DNA of 63,338 nt, filler included, from Folioceros fuciformis (Eukaryota): NCBI GenBank assembly GCA_049999805.1. It is 6 parts of 6 records of this genome, joined end to end, with 100 filler letters (N's around TTAATTAATTAA, not from the genome) between each part and the next. Parts side by side here need not be neighbours in the genome. Positions count along the whole stretch, not along the records: positions 36,068 to 58,541 come from JBNGIO010005635.1; positions 58,642 to 63,338 come from JBNGIO010005639.1; 4 more parts are not named here. One strand, given 5' to 3'. Within the stretch, counting starts at the first letter, position 1; each line of letters opens with the position of its first letter. A program made the translations under genes and the position numbers. The notes under the pieces are model-generated. The model had not been told where the DNA came from. It made no database searches and saw only the letters and a list, made by a program, of their open reading frames with translations. Shown here piece after piece: positions 50,556 through 62,100 of the stretch.

Positions 50556-53500
50556 ATGCGGTGGTACAGGCATTTACTTGCATTATGGGTTATAGTTGGC
50601 GTGGTGAGTTCCTGTTTCTTGTTCTACTGGCTCGATTCATCGAACTCTGAGCGCCGCCAGGAGACGCTTTCTAGTATGTGTGACGAGCGTGCCCGAATGC
50701 TACAAGATCAGCTTGTTGCTAGCATGAACCACGTACGAGCCCTCACTGCACTCGTTACCACATTCCATCTGGAGAAGTACCCGTCAGCGCTTGATCAAGT
50801 GAGCACAATCAACCTCTGGATGTGACAGAAAAGTAGTAAGGGGCAGTGTGTGAACGAAGGTCTGATAACTGTGCAGTGTGTACACGTAGGCCCCTCTCCG
50901 AATGTGGATCGCTGGGACAGGTAGGTTTGTTTTCCTTGCTGTCACTTGGTTGTTCACAATGGTAGTCCTGTTTCGCTTGGCAGGATACCTTTGCCACTTA
51001 TGCCTCCAGAACTGCATTTGAAAGGCCTCTCATGAGCGGGGTTGCCTATGCCCAAAAGGTTTTACATGAGGAAAGGGAGGCTTTCGAGAGAAATCAAGGG
51101 TGGAGCATAAAGAGTATGCATTCCAAAAAGTCACAAATTTCACAGTATGAATATGCACCGGCCACTTTGACTCAAGATAGTGTTGGCTACTTGACTTCCC
51201 TGGACCTAATGTCTGGGCAGGTGAGGCAAATTGTAATAAGGTCACTGAATTTGATTTACTGCGTGCGACATGACTTGAACTGTTTGCCAGCTCATGGGTT
51301 GGTTCAAATCTTTGAACAGGAAGACCGCGAAAATATTCTTCGTGCAAGGGCTTCTGGCAAGGGTGCGTTGACAAGTCCTTTCCGGCTGCTGACTAATCAT
51401 TTGGGCATTGTTTTCACATTTGCCGTTTACAGTGAAGACCTTCCCTTGGATGCCACTGTTGAGCACCGTATTCAGCACTGCACAGGGTATGTTCATTTAC
51501 TATAATCACATACGGGAAAATGGGGCTCTTGGGTTTCTAGCATCGTATGTAAATTTCTCATAGGAATCGCACCAGAGGTAAATCTCCGCTAGTCGATTCA
51601 TCTTCAGCAATGTTTGGAAATCACTCAACCTTGTAGTGTCTTGCAACAAGTAGTGGTCTGACGCGTTTGTGCTGGCATGTTATTTGACTAGTTCCAGTAT
51701 GTTTATCGGTCTGGTTCTACATACTTACAACAACAACCTACCATTGATCTGATGCTGCAGTTATCTTGGAGGAGCTTTTGACGTTGAGTCTCTGGTAGAA
51801 AATTTGCTTCATCAGCTCGCTGGTAGCACTGCAATTGTCGTGAATGTGTATGATATAACCAACCAGTCTGTGCCACTGGTTATGTATGGGTCCGCTCCGG
51901 ATGATGAGCGGTATCATGTGAGCAGTCTAGACTTTGGAGATCCTATCAGAAGGCATGAAATGCGTTGCAGGTACAATCAGGTCCTGTCTGAGGCTCTAAC
52001 TAAGCACGTCCTTCACAACTGTGTGCTGGCGATGAATTTTGATCCATGGTCATGTGCATGAAAAATGCTATTACTGTCCACGCAGGCTGGTGGACCCTCG
52101 ACCAATGTCATGGGCAGCCTTATGGGCAGCTCTTGGATTGTTGGTGATTTGTCTGCTAGTTGGACAGATTGGCTATGCTGCTGTTCGAAGGATCACTCAA
52201 GTGGAAGAGGATTATAAGAAGATGGAGGAGTTGAAACTACAAGCTGAATCTGCTGACGTTGCAAAGTCTCAGGTAAGCTGTATGTATGATCTCNNNNNNN
52301 NNNNNNNNNNNNNNNNNNNNNNNNNNNNNNNNNNNNNNNNNNNNNNNNNNNNNNNNNNNNNNNNNNNNNNNNNNNNNNNNNNNNNNNNNNNNNATGATCT
52401 CAATGCATATGTACATCAAGAAATGCAGGTGCAGAAAGGACGAGGAGAGGGGGGGGGGACGTGGGGTGTGGGGGTTGCGAGAAACTGACATTGGTATGCT
52501 TATATGTTGCAGTTCCTTGCTACTGTTTCCCATGAGATACGCACACCTATGAATGGCGTTCTTGGTGGGTTCCACCTCATTGCCAATGGTTTTGGAGAGT
52601 GGGTTAAGTCTGTAAGATGTGAGGGTCACAACTTGCTTTGACTGGTCGTGGCCTAAAGTTGTTGGCTCCAAGCAGGAATGCTGCAAATGCTCATGGACAC
52701 AAAGTTGGATCCAATGCAAATCGACTATGCAAGAACGGCACAAGCAAGTGGGCAGGCATTGATAACACTGATAAACGAAGTCTTGGATCAAGCAAAAATT
52801 GAATCTGGGCGACTCGAATTAGAAAGTGTTTGCTTCGACCTTCGTGAAGTTCTGGATGATGTTTTGTCATTGTTCTCATCGAAGGCCAGTGAAAAGCGGA
52901 TTGAAGTACTTGTTCCTACCCTTCGACCTATCTTCTGTTGCAATCTAGTCAGATGTACCCTTGGATAGACGGTACCCACAGTCTCCTTGACCCTTTTTTG
53001 TGTGGTGGATGTTGCCTCTCTATCATTGATACGAGAAGCTTGCAGTGTATGTATCAAAGCGGGTGCCGGAGATTTTAGTTGGTGATCCTAGCCGGTTTCG
53101 ACAAATTATCACAAATCTGATAGGGAATTCAGTAAAAGTAAGTATGATCATCTTCTTCCTTGGATTTTGTTGTGATTTTTGGCAATGACTGCAAAGTCCT
53201 GTACACACTGTAAGGCAAGCGTATCTCAAATTGTGCGTAGGCTTAACTCTCTGGACTGCATTGTTATTTGTTTTCACAACCGTGAAAGATGTGTGTGGTG
53301 GTGATGACCCACTAGTGATTTGAGTATTATTCTCTATATTTCGAGGATGTGTCTTTTTCTCACCAGTCAGAAGGCGAAATTTGGAATTTCATGACGCTCA
53401 GAAGCCGTCCTTGTCCATGTTGAGCATATGTTTGTGTTTTTGGTTTGTGAGGAAGTTCGTTAACAAAGCTGAATGTTAGTGGCAAGAGGCACATTTAGGC

Positions 53501-55412
53501 GTGGTAAAGGGTAAAGAGCGTCATTAGCATGGGGCCTCTGATTTACCCAAATCCCGGGGACCTAACAATGAGAATTCCATGCAGTTCACCCAATATGGGC
53601 ATGTTTTTCTGTGCGTTCATCTAGCTGAAGATATGGAGGAATTGCAAGAGTTAATTGAGAAAGATAGATACAGTGCTTTGCAAGACCTCGAGGAGGATAG
53701 CCAGGGCTCTTGGAATACCCTCAGTGGAGTCAGAGCAGCAGATAGACGATATTGTTGGGAGTTTTTTAGGGTGCTTCTGCAGAAAACGGATGCTGAATCA
53801 AATTCAGCATTACAAAGGTCTGAGGAGAACGTGCAAAGTCAGTGTGACCTTGCGGACAAAGTCAAGTTGCTCATTAGTGTGGAGGACACAGGTGTTGGGA
53901 TTCCCTTTCACGCACAGAGACGTATTTTCACTCCTTTCATGCAAGCTGATAGCTCAACCTCACGGATGTATGGTGGCACTGGAATTGGCTTGAGCATAAG
54001 CCGTTGTCTAGTTGAGCTGATGAGTGGGAAAATGTGTTTCGTCAGTTTACCCAACATTGGGACCACGTTTTCGTTTACTGTAGCATTAAGGAAGCCTCCT
54101 CATGCCATGTGTCAAGATGTCAAGTCAGTCGTGCATGTCTCTAAGTTTGTTGGCCTGAAAGCCCTTGTTTTGGATGGAAGAGATGTTCGTGCATATGTGG
54201 CGCAGCAACAGTTACACAGAATAGGGGTGGAGGCGCATGTAGTAACAGACATGCAGTCTGCTAATGCCCTGCTGGCAGGAGAGCATGACATGGGAAGCAC
54301 AATTCCTTCCTGGTAATCTGTTCATACTGAATACTTGGCACTGCTGGGTGCGCTAGGAGGGGATTACTGATTCTTGTACTAACTTATATTTTTTGCTTTC
54401 AGTTCCACAGGCGACCTTGATATGGTGTTTGTTGACAAAGACTCATTTGGTCCTGGCTCTGGCCTGACTTTGGCCCTGCACTTCTATATCTTGAACAGCA
54501 GTGCTAAACTGGCTGGAAATCCACCAGTGTTCATCATTCTTGCTACTTGCTACACGGATGAGGAGGCAGAGCAGGTAAAGAAAGCTGGGCTTGTGATAAT
54601 TCGGAAACCCCTTCGAGCAAGCATGCTTGCAACTAGTTTGGAGCAAGCTTTGGGTATGTTGGGTAGAGGTGACGATAGGCGGGAGCCCTCGGAAGCATTT
54701 ATTGCTCTAAGGAACCTCTTCAATGGAAGACATCTACTGGTTGTAGATGACAATGTGGTCAATCGCAGAGTTGCTGCAGGGGCCCTCAAGAAGTATGGAG
54801 CTAAGGTTGACTGTGTGGAGAGTGGAAAGGCTGCCATCAAATTACTGCGGCCACCTCATAAGTTTGATGCATGCTTCATGGATGTGCAGATGCCTGAAAT
54901 GGACGGGTATGTTAACTCCAGGAATAGATATTGGATTTAGGCTACCTTCTTAGTTCTGCCACTTAGCATTAATAGTCTCCTGTTTTCTACCTTGTCTGGA
55001 ATTCTTGTGACAGCTTGGAATCCTTGTTCGTATTGCAAGATGGCATGCGTTGTCAGCAGTTGCTCGATGTAAATGTCATCTTGGTCTTTTTCTTGTGTGC
55101 AGCTTTGAAGCGACAAGGCTGATAAGGAAAGAGGAATGGGCAGCGGTTGTGAGTCCATCGCCTGGGAAATCTGGAGATCAGGATGGTGATATCCATAAAT
55201 GGCACACACCTATTTGGGCGATGACAGCTGATGTTATACAAGCCACTCATGAGGAATGCTTGCGTGCAGGCATGGATGGCTTTGTAGCAAAGCCTTTTGA
55301 TGAGAACAAGCTACATCAAGCTGTTCTTGGGTTTTTGACATGCAGTTCAAACTGCACAAAGTTCATGAACCGGCAGTGGCATATAGCGGACAGAGCTTTG
55401 GATGCGAAGTAG
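50556..55412 (+). CDS. CHK: CHASE-domain hybrid histidine kinase, cytokinin receptor (AHK2/3/4-CRE1 family), about 988 aa. Exons: 50556-50798, 50984-51220, 51320-51486, 51761-51970, 52086-52272, 52513-52564, 52676-52905, 53039-53137, 53585-54312, 54403-54906, 55103-55412
   Basis: MCDERARMLQDQ; CHASE domain; TM; H-box FLATVSHEIRTPMNG; G-boxes DTGVG and GGTGIGL; receiver VVDDN...MDVQMPEMDG...KPF. GT-AG introns sum to 2967 nt in frame. Start codon is inferred. Confidence 0.95.
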
Positions 55413-57063
55413 CTTGTGGTGCAGAAAGGTCGTGTCTTTGTCCTTCAGAATTCATTTTGCAAGGTCTTGATCTCCTTGAATTCAATGTCTAGAGGTTTTA
55501 CTGCTTGGAGATGCAGATGTCCAATGTTCACTTCTACATTTATAAATCTGTAGATGTGAAATAAATCTACGACGGTGAGTGGCGTGGGCTAACCCTCGTA
55601 AGCGATAAAGTTTGACATTCCTGATGGAGCAACACATTCCATACATTCTATTTCCTTCATAATTAGGGGAAATATCAGGGCCTTCGTGGCAAGTTTTGGG
55701 TTAGGCAAATGTCATTCGTAGTTAAACGGTTACATGACTGCACCAACGCCCGGCCTATTAACGCTAGTGGGTGCTCTGACTATACGCGGGATAGAGAACC
55801 AGTTCTCCCTCCCATCTCCCACTTCAGGCATAAGATCAGTGCACAGATCTCACACCTAATGGCCCGAAGAGGCACCAGCGCCTCCAACCAAGGACCAAAT
55901 GACTCGAACTAAATCTTGAAAGCCGTAGATCTCTTCTAGAGTAGCTTACCTCAATGAAGTCGACAGAAATAGATGACAATATAAGTTATGACACAAATGA
56001 ATTTAGATGTAAAAAAAAAAAAAAAGTAAAATATTAATATAGTACCTGCCTTAGTGAAGATGCATTTATTGCATGCTTTTAGTAAATCCCCAAAGAGAGG
56101 AGTTGTGTTGCATGCTTCATGCAAAACTCCTAGAGAGGAGTTGTGGCAACCATTCTTGAGAGGACTTTAGGAGATGAATAGTATGCATGAATTCCAATAT
56201 TAGCAAGTATCTATTTCAGGCCTACTTGTGAGGTTTATAAGAGCTAGAGCAAAGGCATGTCCAAGTCCAATTGAGACATTGCCACGAACAGTTGTTCATG
56301 TCACAGTTTGGTGTTACCCTTTTAGGACCAACGAGTGTAGTAGTCCTATAAAACAAATTCATGCCCTTATTGCATCCAACACATTAATGCAAGTTGGACC
56401 CAAGTGGCACCAAGTTGAAATTTGCAACAGAACTCCTTGCCCTCTGCATTATGATTGGTTTAAGAATTTCGATATAGTTGGGTGGCTTGTAGTGTATCCC
56501 CTCCTAAGCTCGGTATAATATCCCCTTCAAAGTCATACAATACATCTCACATTGTAGGATACGTCTCGCACTTCGCCTTCCCCCTAGGCAATTGTGGTGG
56601 CAAAACCCCCTGGCATTGTTTGCCAAAGGATTTGACCTTTAGTGTCCACACTTATGCCACTGTCGTTGAGACATTGGGTTTCATTCCCATGAAGGAGCGA
56701 TGGGGTTCCTCGCTGTTATGGATGGAGGGTCGGACTTAATCAACTCGATGTCGGATTCGAGGGCTCCCCTCTAACTCTACTGAGGCGTGGAACAGTCCTC
56801 GTTGTCCAGCGGTCGACTGCACCTCTCTCGGTGCCTACAAATTCACTCCAACCACTACAACGACATTAACCTCTCATGTCCACGACTTCCCTCACTCACT
56901 TCACTCACTCACTCCAGCACCAACACCAGCAACAACACCACTACCTTCTACACTTCCCTATTGACTCCTCCACTTGAAAGAGTCACTCGTCTAACCCCAA
57001 GGAAGAGAAAGAGGAAAACACACTCCCCTCTTAGATACCTCGTCCCCACAACCTTTTTTTTTT

Positions 57064-58288
57064 TGTTACCACCAAGGTGGCACCGACAGAAAAGAGTAAG
57101 AGAAGTTTAGGGCACAGTTCAGTTTAGGGTTATATAACTAACCTCAGCAGTTATTAGATATAGTTAAGACGATCAAAACAGTTAAGTAGTTTAGGCAGTT
57201 TAACCGTGGCGGTTTAACCGCTAACTAGGGCTATATAAAACAAGCCCTCAACAACAATAAATCTATCTTTTCTTCTCCCATAGGTTTCTAAATGGTATCA
57301 GAGCTGCGTTGCTCCTCGCTGCGCGTTTCTCGCTTCTGCACTCAAGGCCTGAGCCTCTGAACCTAGGCCCCATGGCGCAAAGCAAGGCACGCTGAATTTC
57401 GAGCAACCGATCCTGAATTCCCCGTGAGATGCCGCGATGACGCATGCTACCCTCCAGCGCATCACGGGCGCCGCAGCCACGCCCAGCACCTGGACCCTGC
57501 AACCACCACACAAGGTGCTAAGTACACGGTGAATTCTCAAGACCCCACCTCGAATTCTTCCCCGAGGGTTACCTTTGAATCCAAATCGTTCAGCTCGAAT
57601 CTCAGATGGAAATCATAATCGCCATCATGCGCGACCTGTTCGCAAGTCGCTGCCAGTAAGCCGGACGTCGCATACGCCCTCCTTCGATCCCTTATTGAAA
57701 TGCAATCTTCAGGGATGAAAGCAAAATCAATGGCAACCAATCCAGTCGTCAGTACGTCAATTGTCAATACCACGAAAGTGGAATTCAGGGACCGAGACCG
57801 GTTCACTGGCAGTGACTACGATACCTGGCAGATGCGAGTCATAGCGCTTCTGGAGGAGCACGACCTCATGGGAGTCGTCGAAGGTATAGTTCCCAAACCC
57901 TCGACTGCAGGAGGCGCCTCTGCCGACCAAATTGCAGCCTGGGTAAAGAAAGACAAGAGGGCCATCAGTATCTTATTTTCAGCACTAGACAAGAACATGT
58001 TCCAGCATACTCAAGGCCAGAAGACAGCCCACGAGATCTGGAAGGTGTTCAAGGACATGTTCGCAGCACAAAGCTCCATGTCAATAGTAAACGCCACACA
58101 ACAATTCTACCTACTGAGAATGAAGGAAAGCAAGAGGATTGAGAAGCATGTACACAACTTCATATCAACAAGAGCAAAGCTTGCATCTAGTGGTACCACG
58201 TTGAATGAGTACCAAGCAGCAGTTGCGTTACTAACATCCCTTCTTGCATCATATAGAACATTTGTAAGCTCGCAGAGCTCAGCCCTTC
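57064..58288 (+). mobile_element. Ty1/copia element H (relative of F), truncated by LTR family X
   Basis: LTR about 57064-57292; PBS at 57293-57304; gag 57700-58288 very similar to F gag. Confidence 0.9.
57429..57659 (+). pseudogene. ORF0 of copia H, 76 codons, three internal stops (TGA, TAA, TGA)
   Basis: MPR*RMLP...YL*IQIVQLESQMEIIIAIMRDLFASRCQ*. Confidence 0.6.
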
Positions 58289-58541
58289 TGTGAACCTCCA
58301 AAGTTTGGGGTAGTAGTTTGTTTTGGTTGAAAAAGGGTTAATAGTGGTATGGTTTGGTTTTCTTTTTCAACTTATTTTCCCTAATTTTCCTTGATTTTCT
58401 GGTCATTTTTCCTATTTTTCTTTGTGCTAATTAGGTTAATTGACTAGGAAATAGTTGGTTTGGTTATAAGAGTGGGTATAGGTTTGGTCCCAGACCTGGG
58501 AAGGTTTAGGTTCGGTACCAGGCCATAGGGTTGGGAAAGTT
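58289..58541 (+). repeat. LTR end of family X, inserted in copia H gag
   Basis: Starts TGTGAACC; inverted copy at 36068-36343. Confidence 0.8.
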
Positions 58542-58641
58542 NNNNNNNNNNNNNNNNNNNNNNNNNNNNNNNNNNNNNNNNNNNNTTAATTAATTAANNN
58601 NNNNNNNNNNNNNNNNNNNNNNNNNNNNNNNNNNNNNNNNN

Positions 58642-61600
58642 GCCCCGTACTGCTTACTACCAAAGCGTGATACCTGTCATGGATTTTGACTTGCCAACAG
58701 ATTGTCCATTCTCGATAAAAGTACCACGTCTTGGCTCATTTTGAGAATGTCATCTCACGTGGCAAAAGTTGTTGTACAAGCATTCTTCAGCTCCAGGACA
58801 AATAAAGGAGGCTAGAATTGCCCACATTCCTTAGGAAAGAGTGCAAGATTTTGTGGCGGGAATGGATAGCCAGCATGAAGCACCGATAAACTTTGCTCGT
58901 CTTTGGACAAAAGGGCCTAGCCAATTACCAAAACCAAGCCAGCCCAAAGCAGATTCTCCTATCTCAATAGTCAGGTACATCAGTTTTAGATTTCTTCTTT
59001 CAATTCGTTTTCAAATGTCACATGATGTCTTCACAACCTCACTTTTCATAGTGGTAGAGTTTGCTCCACTACACTCTATTCTTATCAAATCATATACCAA
59101 ACTTTTTGCCTTAGTGACCCAAATCTAACCGTATGCTATGTGTCCAATGTTGAGCACATTTGAGCAGGATGCTGCAAGAAAAGATTTTTCTCACATCCGG
59201 ACTTTGGGTGTTCATTTCTTTCTCCAGTATTTATTGATTGTTGCATGCTATATATAATTCTATTTTCCTTAGCAACACAAACAGAATGATGTGTTTTGTG
59301 TGCGTTTTGAAGCACATTTGAGCAGGATGCTGCAAGAAAAGATTTTTCTCACATCCTGGCTTTGGGTGTTCAGTTCTTTCTCCAGTCTTTATTGATTGTT
59401 CCATACTATATATCATTCTATTTCCCTTAGCAACAAAAACAGAATGATGTGTTTTGTGTGCGTTTTGGAGCACATTTGAGCAGGATGCTGCAAGAAAAGG
59501 TTTTTCTCACATCCTGGCTTTGGGTGTGCAGTTCTTTCTCTAGTCTTCATTGATTGTTGCATGATATATATCATTTTGTTTTCCTCAGCAACACAAACAG
59601 AATTATGTGTTTTGTGTGCATTTTGAAGCATATTTGAGTAGGATGCTGCAAGAAACGTTTTTCTTCACATCCTAACTTTGGGTGTTTAGTTCTTTCTCGA
59701 GTCTTCACTAATTGTTGCATACTGTATACCATTCTGTTTCCCTTAGCAAGTCAAACAGAATGATGTGTTTTTTGTGCGTTTTGGAGCACATTTGATCAAG
59801 ATGTTGCAATACAAAGGTTTTTTCACATCCTGACTTTGGGTGTTCAATTCTTTCTCCAGTCTTCAATAATGGTTGCATGCTATATTTCATTGTGTTTCCC
59901 TTAGCAAGTCAAACAGAGTGATGTGTGTTTTGTTTGTTTTGGAGTACATTTGGTCACGATGCTGCAATGCAAAGGTTTCTTCACATCTTGACTTTGGGTG
60001 TTCAGTTCTTTCTCCAGTCTTCACTACTTGTTGCATGCTGTATACCATTCTAATTGGCTCAGCAAGGAAATCAATTTGGTGTATAGTTTGTTTGGTTTTA
60101 ATATGTTTTGACGAGGATGCTGATAAAAAAGAGCATGCTTTATATTCTAGCTTCTAGTTGCTCTTACATAATCATGGACTCTACAAATTACATCTACTCT
60201 CCTTCTCACTTCTCGTGGATTGTCTAGGTATTGGTGTGCCTACAGGCTTGTGAAGTTCCCTATGTGAAGATAAGAGATGACTTCCTTACACGGGACGATG
60301 TCTATAATATAACCAGGGAGGTGGACAAGATACAATGGAGGTATCATGACGATGATAACCTTAGTGTGGGAATGTAGATGAATTTACATGCAGAGTATGT
60401 GTTTCATAGATCTAGGGAAGGAGAATCTTTTTGCCTCAGCTTACAAACTTCTTTCATGATGGAAACTTGTGTCCAACATGGGCACAATAGTTTGCTTGCA
60501 ATGAACTCCACTTTTGGGGTAAATAGGTACAAGTATCAATTATTTACTGTCATGGTATTTGACCAACACCAGAATGGGATTCCTATTGCCTGGGCTCTCA
60601 CATAGGAGGCAACTACAAGAGCATTAGTTCTATGGCTTACGGCATTTTGTACAAGAGTTCTACAAGCAGCTCCACATTGGTTGCCTAGTGCCTTCTTGGT
60701 TGATGATTGTGCTAATGAAATAGGTGCTTTACGAGAAGTTTGGTCACGTGATGTGCCAGTCTTTTTATGTTTGTGGCACGTTTGCCGTGCTTGGGTACGC
60801 AATCTGCTCAAGAAGGTGAAGAAAGTGCAGGATAGGCAAGCTATGTGGGCAGAGTTAGGGCAAATTATGAGCTATGTGGGCTGAGTTAGGGCAAATTATG
60901 TATGTTCAAGGGGGCCAGGCAAGGGAGGACTCCATTGCTCTAGGAAGAGAACTTCTCCAAGCATTTTATAACAAGTGGAGCCAAGCACAACGGCAATTTG
61001 TGGATTACATTCAGCACACTTGGGAAGGCCAGCTAGGTGAGTGTGTTTTATAAGCTTTCAGCAAAAAGTGTACAACATGGTGTTTGTGAACAACATCAAA
61101 TGAGCTCATTTCAAATGATTTGCCTTATTTCCACATATGTTCATGAAGGCAGCTCGCACCATGCCTCATGCTGGACAGGATTGTGCCTCCTCTATTGAAG
61201 CTTGGCATAGATTCTTGAAGGAGAGGTTAGCTAACTCAAAAGTTGGCATTCATGCTCGTCGAGTTGATTGGTTGCCGCATCAATTATGTTTCATAGTTGC
61301 TCCTCATTTTTTGTACCAAAATCATTGTAAGAAGGGGGGTTACATTGTGAATACTAAGCATGAATAGTTGCACAAACATGCGGTAGCAGGTGCAAATGAT
61401 ATCCTTGATGATATGGTGACCCTTCCTATGGTGCCTTATGGTGTGTGGCAAAGTGTATGTCTGCAGCAAATCCTTGGAAGCCAGCTTATGTGGTCACCGA
61501 TCCAATGTCCATGTGGGCAACTTGTAGCTGTCCACAAGGACAACAAGGTTTTTTATGTAAGTACGTTGTGAAAGTTCAGCAGATGCTTTGGGTGTTTACT

Positions 61601-62100
61601 CATACGTCAGCCCTTAGTCGCAAGTTTGCAGCTAGTAACGGAAAGGAAGGGGAGGAAGTGGACACAACATTACGGTTAAATTGGCTTCACTGTACACATG
61701 ACGATGAGACTACCTTCCCAGCTTCATTGGATGAGTATTCTACCCCAAGTGTACCACCTCCAGTAGAATGTCATAAGCCTTGATATCAAGAATTGAAGGA
61801 AAAGAAGCTAGTGAGTGTGCAACAAGGGTGCAAGGACAATTGGGATTGTGTGTACGTGCACGATGGTATTGTGTTTGAGGCTGATGTCCTTGTGCAGAAT
61901 ACTTTGTTGGCTGTCAAGTAGCTCAGAGCCCAAATGCAAGAGACTGGCAGATAGCCGGAATGAAGGTCATTACAACCTTTTATACCAATTGAAGGAACAA
62001 GCAATGCAACTAGGTTGAGACCTTTCTTTTCCCCTCCCAAGGGGAAATAGAAGAAAATCACTTGGAATGTAGGAGGTGGCAAAGAGAATGCATAGAGGCC
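58642..62100 (+). pseudogene. Intron-containing decayed MULE/SWIM transposase
   Basis: IAHIP*ERVQDFV; AMNSTFGVNRYKYQLFTVMVFD; FLVDD...CLWHVCRAW; IEAWHRFLK; SWIM CSCPQGQQGFLCKY. Ends are approximate. Confidence 0.85.
59140..60120. repeat. Tandem array, 158-bp unit, about 6 copies
   Basis: CACATTTG anchor (or variant) at 59155, 59313, 59471, 59629, 59787 and 59945. Confidence 0.95.

Noticed and set aside
59231-60157. Repetitive ORFs, or a CRISPR-like array
   Set aside because: Plain 158-bp tandem repeat; unit not divisible by 3, no unique spacers, eukaryotic context
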